Positions 27,967 to 38,092 of a stretch of 64,000 nucleotides of DNA are shown in pieces. The DNA comes from Candidatus Parcubacteria bacterium (GTDB lineage Bacteria; Patescibacteriota; Minisyncoccia; UBA6257; 2-01-FULL-56-20), in contig DAIEHA010000003.1 in NCBI GenBank assembly GCA_027355945.1, positions 5,769 to 69,768 of the forward strand, given 5' to 3'. The position numbers and the translations under genes were made by a program. The notes under the pieces are model-generated. The model did not search any database and was not told the origin of the DNA. It saw only the letters and a program-made list of their open reading frames with translations. Position 1 is the first letter of the stretch. Each line of letters starts with the position of its first letter.

Positions 27967-28058
27967 ATCGGCTCCATCGCCGACCCTATTGAGTGTAAGG
28001 AAATCGGCCGTTATCTTCAAGCGCAGGAAGTGCGCTCCCCGGGATCTCGAAAATCGGA

Positions 28059-28424
28059 TCAATCCCCGGAAACCTCCTGGATCCCCTCCAATGAGGCATC
28101 TTCGATGAATGCCTTCTCCACGCGCGCCGCGTTCTCGGTGCCGCGATCCAGTACGAACGAAATGCGGGGCATGGGCTTGATATTGATCTTCTTCATGAGC
28201 AGGTGCTGCAGACGCCCCGCTTCGCGTCCAAGAAGCTGCATCGCGTCCGCCTCCCTTTCCACGGGCATCACGCTCACGCGTACGGCGGCATGCTCCAGCT
28301 TGCGATCCGCCTCGACCGCCATGATCGTGACGAGCGCGCCGCTGAACTCGAGCTCGCGCGTGATGATCCCTCCCAATTGATGCTGGATAAGACTTTCAAC
28401 CCGCTCCGAACGATGGAACCGCAT
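28059..28424 (-). CDS. rbfA: Ribosome-binding factor A
   Basis: HRSERVESLI...PRISFVLD; directly downstream of infB. Confidence 0.85.
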   Translation of the reverse strand: MRFHRSERVESLIQHQLGGIITRELEFSGALVTIMAVEADRKLEHAAVRVSVMPVEREADAMQLLGREAGRLQHLLMKKINIKPMPRISFVLDRGTENAARVEKAFIEDASLEGIQEVSGD

Positions 28425-28437
28425 ATTCCAGATAGGA

Positions 28438-29910
28438 TTATTTTCTGATCACAAGATGATCGCCGACCTGTATCGTGACTGGCGTATCGATGAGCACGCC
28501 GATCTCCTTCCCTTCCTCTGCGCTCGTGATCTCATCCTTCCGTTCGCGGAGGCCGAGGATCTTCCCTTGTCCGAGAGGTGCCGTTCCAAGCGGCCCGCGC
28601 ACCACATCGAACGATGCCTTTCCGCGGAACGTCCCATGGCCGACGCGTCCCCCGATGAGCTGCTTTTCGAGCTTTTCCTGATTGAAAAGCGCGAGCACCT
28701 CGAGTTCGCCCGCCATCGCAGGACCTCGCGTCCCGGTGAAGAACTCCTCGACGGCATTGGCGAGGTCATAGACGATGTCGGAGGTGATGATGGAGATATC
28801 CTGCGCGTCGGCGAGCACTTTTGCGCCCCTCTCCACGCGGTTCTTGAACCCGATGATCGCGGCCTTCGTTGCAAGGGCATGGCGCACATCCCCGTCCGTG
28901 ACATCGCCCACGCCCTCCTCGATGATGTTCAGCTCCTTCCCTCCCTTGCGATCGACGCCGTGAAGGACCGTGGAGAGCGCCTCGAGCGATCCGGCGTCGC
29001 CGGCTTTTAGGATGAGATTAAGCGCATTCGCCTTCGGTTGGGCGAAACGCCGCCCGCCCGCATTCCCTGCGCCCGCCACCGGCCCTGACCCCGACCCTGG
29101 CCCGAACTCTTCGCCAACGTTCGGGATCGTTTCGAACCCTATGATGATCGCGGGGGATGACGGGGAAAGCTCCGGGGCGGTCTTCCCGAGGAAGTCCTCG
29201 AGTATCTTCGCTTTACCGGATGCGGTCTTCGTGGCGATGGGATCACCGCGCTTCAGGACGCCGTTCTTCACGATGACCGAAACCTCGATCCCGCGCTTCG
29301 GATCGCGCTTCGCCTCAAGCACAAACCCGGATGCCGGGGCGGAGGGATCATACTGGAGATTCTCAAGGTCCGCGGCAAGCACGACGAGATCGAGAAGTTC
29401 GCCGACACCCTCGCCGGTCTTCGCCGAAATGCCGTGATAGCTCACCTGCCCGCCGAACCCTTCGAGAAGGACGCCCGCAGCCATAAGGTCGTTGCGCGCT
29501 TTATCGATGATGCCGCCGGTCTTATCGATCTTGTTGAATGCCACGATGAACGGGGTCCCGGATTCCTCGATGATCCGTATCGCTTCCTTCGTTTGGGGCT
29601 TCACGCCCTCATCCGCAGCGACGACAAGGATCGCGAGATCGGCAACCTGGGCGCCTCGAGAACGCATGGCGGTGAACGCCTCATGTCCCGGGGTATCGAT
29701 GAACGTGATACGACGCCCGTTATGGACGATCTCATAGGCTGCAGTGGCCTGCGTGATGCCTCCCGCCTCCCGCGCGGCGATGTTCGTTCTGCGGATATAG
29801 TCGAGAAGCGTCGTCTTACCGTGATCGACATGGCCCATCACGACGACGATCGGAGGCCTTGCGACAAGGGCCTGTGGAGGGATGCTTTTTTGAGGGATTT
29901 CCTTTTTCAT
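28438..29910 (-). CDS. infB: Translation initiation factor IF-2, short form lacking the N-terminal domain
   Basis: [35 protein letters not shown] and NKID. Confidence 0.96.
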   Translation of the reverse strand: MKKEIPQKSIPPQALVARPPIVVVMGHVDHGKTTLLDYIRRTNIAAREAGGITQATAAYEIVHNGRRITFIDTPGHEAFTAMRSRGAQVADLAILVVAADEGVKPQTKEAIRIIEESGTPFIVAFNKIDKTGGIIDKARNDLMAAGVLLEGFGGQVSYHGISAKTGEGVGELLDLVVLAADLENLQYDPSAPASGFVLEAKRDPKRGIEVSVIVKNGVLKRGDPIATKTASGKAKILEDFLGKTAPELSPSSPAIIIGFETIPNVGEEFGPGSGSGPVAGAGNAGGRRFAQPKANALNLILKAGDAGSLEALSTVLHGVDRKGGKELNIIEEGVGDVTDGDVRHALATKAAIIGFKNRVERGAKVLADAQDISIITSDIVYDLANAVEEFFTGTRGPAMAGELEVLALFNQEKLEKQLIGGRVGHGTFRGKASFDVVRGPLGTAPLGQGKILGLRERKDEITSAEEGKEIGVLIDTPVTIQVGDHLVIRK

Positions 29911-30031
29911 GGGGACCTGAGGAGGTTTTCACAACTCCAACGTATTATATCAAAAAATAGGGAAAAAACAACCCATACCGGGGCGTTTTGATTTATTTGC
30001 GAAGTGCGGTACACTCAACACCGTAAGAATT

Positions 30032-30118
30032 GGAGACGTGGCTGAGCGGTCGAAAGCGGCTCCGTGCTAAGGAGTTAGGGGAGCAATCCCCTCAGAGGTT
30101 CGAATCCTCTCGTCTCCG
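30032..30118 (+). tRNA. tRNA-Ser(GCT), CCA not encoded
   Basis: Acceptor GGAGACG/CGTCTCC with G73, anticodon loop GTGCTAA, long variable arm GGGGA-GCAA-TCCCC, T-arm GGTTCGAATCC. Confidence 0.93.
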
Positions 30119-30196
30119 CTCGTTGGTGTATAGATTCGAAAGACCTCCCGGCCTCGGATTTTCCATTATTTTGCCTGAGTGCTAGACTGGGAAACG

Positions 30197-30817
30197 ATGA
30201 TCGGTTTCAAGATTTTTCTCGGATATTTCTCTGTGGCACTCGGTTTTATTGCTTACGGTTTTTATTTCCGCGATATATTTTTAAAGCGCACCAAACCTCA
30301 CGCCTTCTCCTGGTTCATTTGGGGATTGATAACGACGATCGCTTTTTACGCGCAAATCGTAAAGGGGGCAGGGGCTGGAGCATGGGCAACAGGCACCGGC
30401 TCTCTGGTTTGTTTTATAATAGGTTTTTTTGCGCTGAATGGCGGCGAAAGGCGCTTCTCGTGTCTTGATTGGGTCACCTTAATTTTTGCTTTAGCCGCTA
30501 TATTGCTTTGGTTCGTGACGAATGATCCGCTGGGATCGGTGATAGTGCTTTCAATCACGGATGTCATTGGTTCCACTCCTACGTTCCTTAAAAGTTTCAA
30601 TAAGCCCGATGAGGAGACCGCAAAAGCATTCGCCATGCACTCAATCAAATTTTTTATTGCTATCGTTGCTCTACAATCATACTCACTTGCCACTTGGCTT
30701 TTCCCGGCAACATTAGCCTGCGTGAACGGCGTGATTGCTATTTTCATAATTAGCCGAAGGAATGGATTATCATTACAAGCCAACGGAACCTCTCGGCTTC
30801 AAAAACCCTCCTCCTGA
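30197..30817 (+). CDS. Multi-pass membrane protein (PQ-loop-like, two-repeat)
   Basis: About 7 hydrophobic helices with TKPHAFSWFIW and PTFLKSFNKPDEET; visibly more AT-rich than neighbouring genes. Confidence 0.75.
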   Translation: MIGFKIFLGYFSVALGFIAYGFYFRDIFLKRTKPHAFSWFIWGLITTIAFYAQIVKGAGAGAWATGTGSLVCFIIGFFALNGGERRFSCLDWVTLIFALAAILLWFVTNDPLGSVIVLSITDVIGSTPTFLKSFNKPDEETAKAFAMHSIKFFIAIVALQSYSLATWLFPATLACVNGVIAIFIISRRNGLSLQANGTSRLQKPSS

Positions 30818-30963
30818 GAACATTGCAATAGTTTGCGTGGAGGAGGTCCCGGACCGAGAAGCTTCGCAACGATAATCAGGGAGATCCTGCAAGAAAAGAG
30901 GCTTCGTTCCGCACTGCCCGGGACGACCTATCCCTTTGAGGGGTTATTTTTTATAATAAGGAC

Positions 30964-31287
30964 ATGCAAAACGACAGACTGCCTGGCGGCGAGAAATTCA
31001 ACTTCGGTGAGGTTACGGCGGTTGTCGCGATCTTCTTGGCGAGCATCATCGTTCCCATCGCACTGGACAATAGCTACCTCGCCGTCCACCGAGGAACGGT
31101 GGCGATGCCATGGTATGTCCCGCAGATCATGATATGGGGAAATCTTGCGGCATTCCTTTTTGCACTTTCCCTGATGCGTCGGCGGTCCAAGGCGACTCAG
31201 GCCGCAGCAGTGATACTTGTCATACTTTCCCTCCTCTACTTTGGCCTGATTTTCATGATGTGGATCGTGGGTGGATTCATCGGTTAG
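30964..31287 (+). CDS. Small 3-TM membrane protein
   Basis: Three hydrophobic segments; TATAAT lies 6 nt before the ATG. Confidence 0.65.
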   Translation: MQNDRLPGGEKFNFGEVTAVVAIFLASIIVPIALDNSYLAVHRGTVAMPWYVPQIMIWGNLAAFLFALSLMRRRSKATQAAAVILVILSLLYFGLIFMMWIVGGFIG

Positions 31288-31327
31288 TCTGGCAAGAGGT
31301 TCGCATTCGTCCCACATCATCCGCACC

Positions 31328-31663
31328 ATGGTCCATTCAATGGGATTGGCAACTGAATATTTCCGGAAGATGAAGAACGGCACGAAGACCATCGAGTGCC
31401 GCCTTTATGATGGAAAAAGAAAACTGCTGGCTCTTGGGGACACGATCGAGTTCAGCGACGCTCAGAATGGCACCGATACGATCTCGGTTGAGATAGTGGC
31501 ACTCCATCCATTCCCCACCTTCTCCGAACTGTTGGATCGCTTTCCTATTTCTTCATTTGGTGCACATGACAAGGATGATTTTCTGACAATATTGAAACGG
31601 TTCTATTCCGAAGAAGATGAGAAAAAATACGGGGTCATCGGCATAGAGGTGATGCGGCGATAG
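31328..31663 (+). CDS. ASCH-domain protein
   Basis: HSMGL...YF..MKNGTKTIECRLYD.KR...GDTIEF and FYSEEDEKKYGVIGI. Start set at ATG 31328. Confidence 0.85.
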   Translation: MVHSMGLATEYFRKMKNGTKTIECRLYDGKRKLLALGDTIEFSDAQNGTDTISVEIVALHPFPTFSELLDRFPISSFGAHDKDDFLTILKRFYSEEDEKKYGVIGIEVMRR

Positions 31664-31778
31664 ATACAATTCTTGGCGCTACGATCCGAGACGGCGTCGG
31701 CTTTGGGAAGAAGCGGCCACAATAAAGATCGCATGGCCGATATGGCGGGCCGGAGGAATCGAAGTTACAATCTCTATT

Positions 31779-34127
31779 ATGGATCGATACACGGGGTTGA
31801 GGGATACCGACGTCGCTGACCTGCGGGCTCATTATGGTTTCAACGAAACCCCCGTGTTCCATGAACGCATGGCCGTATTGTACCTCAAAAATTTTTGGGG
31901 GCCGCTCGCATGGCTCATGGAGGCGATGATCGTCGTCACGTTTCTGTCTGGCAATACCTTCGAGGCTGTCGTTATCGCCTTCCTGCTCCTCATAAATAGC
32001 GGCATAAACATATATCAGCGCAGGTCCGCCGATGCCGCGCTCGCTCTTTTGGCGCAGGCGATCCAGACGACCGCCCGCGTGCAGCGGAACGGGACCTGGG
32101 GTGTCATACCATCGCGGGAACTCCTTCCCGGAGACGTCATCCGATTGCGCGCGGGCGACATCATTCCCGCCGATGCGCAGATCTTCGAGGGAAGCCTGAG
32201 CATCGATCTTTCCAGCCTTACCGGAGAATCGCTGCCGCGCGACGTGAACGTGCAGGATGCGGTCTTTTCGGGCGGCATCGTGCGGCGCGGCGAAGCTACT
32301 GCAACAGTGACCGCGATCGGCGAGAATACCCAATACGGGAAGACGACGGAACTCCTTGAGACCGCGCATCCGCCGACCCACATGGAGAAGGTCGTGTTTG
32401 ATATCATCAAATATTTTTTCATGCTCAATGTGATCGTGGCCATCGCCGCGATCATCTTCGGATTTGCCGTCCATACGCAGACATTGCAGATCACGAATTT
32501 CGTCATCGTACTCCTCATCATGTCCGTGCCGGTCGCGTTCCCGACGATGTTCGCCGTAGCGCAGACATACGGCGCGCTCCAGCTCAATAAAGGCGATGGC
32601 AAAGAGAATGGCGGTTCGAAGGTCCTGGTCCGCCGGTTGGCCGCGGTGCAGGAGGGCGCCATCATGGACGTTCTTTGCAGCGATAAGACGGGCACGCTGA
32701 CCCAGGACCTCCTCGGCGTATCGGAGGTCGTTCATTACGGCGCGCACGATGAATCCCACGTAATGATGCTTGCGGCCGCGTGCAGCAATATTGCGGACAA
32801 AGACTCCGCCATCGATCAGGCCATCTTCAGGAAGGCCGCCGAGATGGATATCGCCGTTCCTCAACAGGTCAGCTTCTTCCCTTTCGATCCATTGACCAAG
32901 CGGACGCGGGCGGAGATCACCGAACAAGGGACGAAGATCGCCATTCAGATGGGACTGGCGGACCTCCTGTTGAACCCCGCGGTGCGTTTCTCCCAGGAAG
33001 CGCTCGCGGATGCCGCCCGCATGAGCAGGAATGGATTGCGCGTCCTGGCAATCGTGACGGGCGCGACAGGCGCGACGGAAACGGCATGTGCCGGCCTTGT
33101 CGGTCTGAGCGATCCTATCCGTCCCGACGCGCCGGCGCTCATCAAGGAATTGAGCGATCTCGGCGTGCGCATCGTCATGATCACGGGCGACGGCCGCATC
33201 ACGGCACAGGCGGTCGCGGATCGACTTGGATTGCAGGGCGGCGTCTGCACGCCTGACGATCTTAAGAGCAATCCTGCGATCGCGCTGCAATGCGCGGTGT
33301 TCGCAGAAGCCTATCCCGAGGACAAGGTGACGATCATCAAAGCGCTCCAGCAGGCCGGACACGTCGTTGGCATGACCGGCGACGGCGTGAACGATGCGCC
33401 GGCGCTCCATCAGGCGGAGATCGGCATTGCCGTCCAAAGCGCGACCGAGGTCGCCAAGCAGGCTGCAAGCTTCATCCTCACCACGCCCGGACTGGAGGGC
33501 GTGCGCCGCGTCGTCACGGCAAGTCGCCGCGTCTATATGAGGATCCGCACATGGGCGCTGAACAAGGTGATAAAATCCATTGAGATCTTGTTCATTGCCA
33601 CGATCGCATTCGTCATCACGCATTCATATATCCTCTCGCCGCTCATTGCCATCCTCATCCTGCTGGCCAATGATTTCTTGACCATCACGATCGCGACCGA
33701 CCACACGGCACCGCTCCCCCGTCCCGCCCGCTGGAACATTCCGCGAATGATCGCCGCATCGTCGATGATCGCAGCCGTACCGTTCCTCTTCACGATCTCC
33801 CTCTATGCCGTAGCCCAGCATCTGCATTATCCCTTTGATACCATACGGACGATCATATACGGCTCGTTCATCTATCTCGGCGGGACGACGCTGCTTGCCG
33901 TACGCGCATGGCCGTTCGGCTGGAGCGTCCGTCCAAGCAAGACGCTGCTCGGCGCACTTCTGTTCTCCTTGATATTCGCATCCCTCATCGCCGGGTTCGG
34001 GATATTCATCGCGGCGATGCCGGCACTCTTCTTTGTGCCGATCGCCGGGGGCGCGATCGTAAGCTTCTTCCTCATTGAGGCTGTCAAACAGTCACGCACC
34101 GTACGCGTCTTGTTGGATATCGCGTGA
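31779..34127 (+). CDS. P-type ATPase, plasma-membrane proton-efflux (P3A) type
   Basis: FWGPLAWLME, LTGES, PVAFP, CSDKTGTLT, MITGD and GDGVNDAPAL, with TM6 Asp in LAND. Confidence 0.88.
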   Translation: MDRYTGLRDTDVADLRAHYGFNETPVFHERMAVLYLKNFWGPLAWLMEAMIVVTFLSGNTFEAVVIAFLLLINSGINIYQRRSADAALALLAQAIQTTARVQRNGTWGVIPSRELLPGDVIRLRAGDIIPADAQIFEGSLSIDLSSLTGESLPRDVNVQDAVFSGGIVRRGEATATVTAIGENTQYGKTTELLETAHPPTHMEKVVFDIIKYFFMLNVIVAIAAIIFGFAVHTQTLQITNFVIVLLIMSVPVAFPTMFAVAQTYGALQLNKGDGKENGGSKVLVRRLAAVQEGAIMDVLCSDKTGTLTQDLLGVSEVVHYGAHDESHVMMLAAACSNIADKDSAIDQAIFRKAAEMDIAVPQQVSFFPFDPLTKRTRAEITEQGTKIAIQMGLADLLLNPAVRFSQEALADAARMSRNGLRVLAIVTGATGATETACAGLVGLSDPIRPDAPALIKELSDLGVRIVMITGDGRITAQAVADRLGLQGGVCTPDDLKSNPAIALQCAVFAEAYPEDKVTIIKALQQAGHVVGMTGDGVNDAPALHQAEIGIAVQSATEVAKQAASFILTTPGLEGVRRVVTASRRVYMRIRTWALNKVIKSIEILFIATIAFVITHSYILSPLIAILILLANDFLTITIATDHTAPLPRPARWNIPRMIAASSMIAAVPFLFTISLYAVAQHLHYPFDTIRTIIYGSFIYLGGTTLLAVRAWPFGWSVRPSKTLLGALLFSLIFASLIAGFGIFIAAMPALFFVPIAGGAIVSFFLIEAVKQSRTVRVLLDIA

Positions 34128-34198
34128 GGTCGCCGATGACTGTCGCAGATCATTTCTTGACATCTTCTTCCCGGGTACTAGTATTCTGATACAATCCC

Positions 34199-34654
34199 AT
34201 GGAATGCATCTTCTGCAAAATCGTGAATGGCGAGGCCCCATCGCACAAGATATGGGAGGATGCCGAATATCTCGCATTCCTTTCGATATTCCCCAATACT
34301 GAAGGAACGACGGTGGTGATCCCGAAGCAGCATCATCCAAGCTATCCGTTCGATCTGTCCGATGGGATATTGACCGGGCTCATGCTCGCCACAAAGAAGG
34401 TGGCGAAGCTGCTCGATGCGAAGCTCGACGATGTCGGCAGGACCGCCATGGTGTTCGAGGGATTCGGCGTGGATCATGTCCACGCGAAGCTTTTTCCCAT
34501 GCATGGCACGAAGGACATGGAACGATGGCGGCCGATCGAATCACACGTCGATCGATATTTTGAGAGATACGAGGGATATATCTCCTCGCATGATTACGCA
34601 CGGGCGGATGATGAGACACTGAGGAGACTCTCGGAAAAGATCAAAAAACCATGA
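34199..34654 (+). CDS. HIT family hydrolase
   Basis: CIFCKIV, VVIPKQH and VDHVHAKLFPMH. Confidence 0.88.
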   Translation: MECIFCKIVNGEAPSHKIWEDAEYLAFLSIFPNTEGTTVVIPKQHHPSYPFDLSDGILTGLMLATKKVAKLLDAKLDDVGRTAMVFEGFGVDHVHAKLFPMHGTKDMERWRPIESHVDRYFERYEGYISSHDYARADDETLRRLSEKIKKP

Positions 34655-35070
34655 GACACCGCGCGGCGGTCTTTGTGCTCGATAACGATAAGGTCCTTCT
34701 TTTCCATCGTCTCAAAGATGGCAATGAATACTACGCCGTTCCCGGAGGCGGCGTAGAGGCGGATGAGACCCCGGAAGAGGCCGCAACAAGGGAATTGAAG
34801 GAGGAAACAAGCCTGGATGTCGTTCTGGGAGAAAAGATCGGCGAGCTCGAGGAGGACGGCAATCGCCAATATTTCTATATCGCCCGATCATGGAACGGCA
34901 CGCCGATGCTCGGCGGTCCGGAGGCAGAGCGCAATTCCCCCGATAATTCGTATCGTCTTGAATGGATACCATGCGAGAAGCTGGGCGAGATCAATCTGAG
35001 GGATGATATCGCGGCGCTTCTTTTAACATACATGGAGACTGTACGGGAGATCCCAGGGAAGATCGGCTGA
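34651..35070 (+). CDS. NUDIX hydrolase
   Basis: Nudix box PGGGVEADETPEEAATRELKEET; ATGA overlap with the HIT gene. Confidence 0.92.
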   Translation: MRHRAAVFVLDNDKVLLFHRLKDGNEYYAVPGGGVEADETPEEAATRELKEETSLDVVLGEKIGELEEDGNRQYFYIARSWNGTPMLGGPEAERNSPDNSYRLEWIPCEKLGEINLRDDIAALLLTYMETVREIPGKIG

Positions 35071-35153
35071 CGCTGTCCCCTACGCTGCCACTACCCAGCC
35101 TGCACGATCTTAAGGGGTTCTTTGGGATCCGCGGCTTCGAAAGGGCGGGATTG

Positions 35154-35891
35154 CTACGACCGACTGCTTTCGCGCCAAAGACTCTCGAAGAGGACCTCCA
35201 TCGTATGGTGGATATCCTCATCCTCGATGAGAATGCCAACGGGCCGTTTGGTGTTCATGGAAATGATGGCTACCTTGTTGCCATAAATGTAGTTTGAGTT
35301 CCTCACGTCCACCGATGCAGGAAGGAATTGCGTATCGCGAAGTTCGCTGCCGTCATGCTGCTTGAGCGCCACCGAAAGCTTGGTGCGAGGCGTGAGCAGG
35401 CGGATCCTGAGAAAGCGTCGATAGCGCATCTCCGTGAAATTATCGATCCATGCTTTGCCGAGCGTCTCGACCCAGGGATCCCACGAAAGGATGGCGGAAA
35501 CATGGTGCTTCGTCTCAAGAATATCGTTCATGATCTGCTTGATCTCCTCAACGCCGCTGTAGGTGCGCACCGTTGGTTTCACGCCGGTGTCATGGCGGAG
35601 GGTCTGCAGTTCGGGAAGGACGAGTTTGAGGGCCGCCTCCCGTTCCTTGAGGACGATCATGAGCCGCTCGGGGTTCTCCGCCGTCCAGATGCGCCGGCGG
35701 CGTTTGAGGAAGGCGTTCATAAGCCCCTTCTTCTGAAGCTGGCGTATGATGAGGTTCACCGTGGTGCGCGGCATCTTCGCCTTTTCGGCGATCTCCGTGG
35801 CCGAACTCCCGCCGAGCTCGAGCGCGGCAAGATAGACCGTCGTTTCATGCGATGAATACCCAAGCTGCTCGATGACCGTGCGAAGATGCAT
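35154..35891 (-). CDS. TrmB-family transcriptional regulator
   Basis: LGYS..ETTVYLAALELG...EIAEKAKMPRTTV HTH, YSGVEEI and IYGNKVAIIS. Confidence 0.85.
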   Translation of the reverse strand: MHLRTVIEQLGYSSHETTVYLAALELGGSSATEIAEKAKMPRTTVNLIIRQLQKKGLMNAFLKRRRRIWTAENPERLMIVLKEREAALKLVLPELQTLRHDTGVKPTVRTYSGVEEIKQIMNDILETKHHVSAILSWDPWVETLGKAWIDNFTEMRYRRFLRIRLLTPRTKLSVALKQHDGSELRDTQFLPASVDVRNSNYIYGNKVAIISMNTKRPVGILIEDEDIHHTMEVLFESLWRESSRS

Positions 35892-35957
35892 ATAGGTTCG
35901 TTATACCCGATTAGAAGGAAAGACGCCACAGGGGATGCTGCGGCGGCACGGGGCGCC

Positions 35958-37022
35958 CTAGAGGCATGAATTGTAGGCTTTCACCGCGGCGTTGTAGGCC
36001 GCCACTTCCGCCTTCGTCTGCGAGGCAAGCGTGTTGTATTGGGAGACGAGCGTGTTGTATTGGGAGACCTTATCGTTATACGTCGCGCCGGACTGGGGCT
36101 GCATGGTCTCGATCTGCTGCTTCATCTGAAGGAGTTCCGAGCTCATGGCGGCAAGGGCTCCTTCGGCATTCGTGATGGCTGCCTCGAGCGAAGGATCGGG
36201 GGCGGGAGGACATGCTGACGCAGGCTTACCGAACACCTGCACCGCGATCCATGCCTGCTGTCCGTTGAAAATGCCTTCGCGCGCGGCGACCCCGATCTGG
36301 GTATAGTGCGCATCGAGGATGTTCGCCCGATGCCCCGGCGAGTTCATCCATGCAGTCACAAGCCCCTGATCGCCCGCAAACCACCCCTCGGCAAGGTTCT
36401 CTCCGAGGGCAAGATGATCGTATCCCACACTCGACGCCACGGTGAGCGCGCTCTCCCCTGTCGGCGACACATGTGCAAAATACTGATGGGCGAACATATC
36501 CTCGAGACGGATGGTCGCGATACCGTCGAGCGTGGCATTTTCCGCAAGAGGTGCGACGCTCGATGCGGATCTCGCGGCATTCGTGTCCGTGATGATGCCG
36601 GAGATGGTGAGGGTGGCGTTCTTCTGAGAGGTTCGCTGGGATGCCTTGAGAGGCGCGGGGAAGGTGGCGGTCGCCTGCTGCACTTCGCTTGTCACCTGCG
36701 TCTCGAACGCGGCAAGCTTCTCGAGCGGCATGGTGGAAAATTCCCGGAACGCCCAGAATACGCCTCCTGCGATGGCCGCTCCGAGGATGATGAAAATGAG
36801 ATTCCTCCATGCGCGCTTCCTCCGATCGGCGGCGGCTTTGAGGTTCGGCACGACGACGACCTTCTGCGCCTCCTCCTGTTCCTGCACCTCCTCCTCCATC
36901 TCGGGATCCGTCTCAGGCTTGGGAATGGAGACGGTCTCTGTCACGGGCTCGAGATCGGGCTTTGGTATGGGACTCGGCGGGACGGGCGGGATCGGGGACG
37001 GTTCTGGCGGAAGGATATCCAT
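35958..37022 (-). CDS. Membrane-anchored CAP (SCP) domain protein with C-terminal coiled coil
   Basis: TNAAR, YFAHVSPTG, GENLA, WMNSPGHRANIL and IGV; Pro-rich N-terminus plus TM. Start set at ATG 37022. Confidence 0.85.
   Translation of the reverse strand: MDILPPEPSPIPPVPPSPIPKPDLEPVTETVSIPKPETDPEMEEEVQEQEEAQKVVVVPNLKAAADRRKRAWRNLIFIILGAAIAGGVFWAFREFSTMPLEKLAAFETQVTSEVQQATATFPAPLKASQRTSQKNATLTISGIITDTNAARSASSVAPLAENATLDGIATIRLEDMFAHQYFAHVSPTGESALTVASSVGYDHLALGENLAEGWFAGDQGLVTAWMNSPGHRANILDAHYTQIGVAAREGIFNGQQAWIAVQVFGKPASACPPAPDPSLEAAITNAEGALAAMSSELLQMKQQIETMQPQSGATYNDKVSQYNTLVSQYNTLASQTKAEVAAYNAAVKAYNSCL
36028..36068 (-). repeat. Tandem 21-nt duplication encoding VSQYNTL twice (one coiled-coil heptad)
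   Basis: agcgtgttgtattgggagac occurs twice at 21-nt spacing. Confidence 0.85.
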
Positions 37023-37148
37023 TGGTGATAAGTGTCCGTGATCGTGGCGCTCGTGGTAGGGGGATATGCGCATCGCAGGATCCTCGCGGCGGAGTGCGGC
37101 GCTCGGCCGCCGGAACCCGTCCGCGGAAGACGTCCGCGCGTAGTGCGC

Positions 37149-38057
37149 CTAATTCCTGAGATACCGCTGGACCGCCCAGGAGCTCGAGAACACCCCGATA
37201 AGGATGCCGAAGAGCAATTGATACAGGAAGAACTGGGGAAGATGGGTGAGGAAATATCTGAAGATATCCAAGCCAGGAATGAATGCGGCCATATAGGGCG
37301 AGACAAGATAGACGATCGGAGCCACGACAACGAGCGAAATGACCGCGGCGATCCCGCCCCACAGCACGCCTTCGACGACATACGGGCCGCGCACAAGGCT
37401 GTTCGAGGCGCCCACGAGGCGCATGATGCCGATCTCCTCGCGATTCGAGTAGATGGCAAGACGGATGGTGTTGAATACGACGAGTCCCGCGATGAGCGCA
37501 AGGAAGACGATGACCGCCCATCCGCCGACATTCACGTCGCGCACGATGGTCGCAAGACGGTTGATGACGTCCTGATTGGCGGAATAGCTTATGGAATCGA
37601 TGTACTGCGAAAGATCCGGCGAGCCGAGATATTGCGCGATGGCGGCATACTGGCTGGGATCCTTTGCCCGCACATTGAGCGAGGCCTCGAGAGGATTCGT
37701 ATCAAGCTCGTTGATGGCCTGGCTTATGGTCTGATCGTTCGCGTGCGTCTGCTGGAATGTCGCAAGGGCCTGATCCCGGGAGATGTAATCGACGCTCGCC
37801 ACTTGGGAAAGGCCTTCGAGCGACTGCTTGATGTTGAGGATCTCATCTTCGCTCGTCGTGGTATTGAAATACACGCTGATGTCGATCTTATCCTGGATCG
37901 CCGACGCGGCCGCATGGGCGACGACGCCGAAGAGGATGAGCCCCACGAACACGATGGCCGCAAGCGTCATGATGGCAACGGTGGCGGTCGAAAGCCAGCC
38001 GTTCCTCCAGAAGTTCTTCGCACCGAAGTGGAATATCCTCGAAATGATGGTGAACAT
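37149..38057 (-). CDS. ftsX: Cell division permease FtsX
   Basis: KNFWRNGWLS and NTIRLAIYSNREEIGIMRLVGAS..VRGPYVVEG. Confidence 0.95.
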   Translation of the reverse strand: MFTIISRIFHFGAKNFWRNGWLSTATVAIMTLAAIVFVGLILFGVVAHAAASAIQDKIDISVYFNTTTSEDEILNIKQSLEGLSQVASVDYISRDQALATFQQTHANDQTISQAINELDTNPLEASLNVRAKDPSQYAAIAQYLGSPDLSQYIDSISYSANQDVINRLATIVRDVNVGGWAVIVFLALIAGLVVFNTIRLAIYSNREEIGIMRLVGASNSLVRGPYVVEGVLWGGIAAVISLVVVAPIVYLVSPYMAAFIPGLDIFRYFLTHLPQFFLYQLLFGILIGVFSSSWAVQRYLRN

Positions 38058-38092
38058 AGAAAATGAGTGGGGTTATGCGGGAATCCTCCAGG

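Noticed and set aside
30100-35160. Prophage or integrative element at tRNA-Ser
   Set aside because: No integrase, phage genes or duplicated tRNA 3' end (att site) were seen; retained only as an accessory block.
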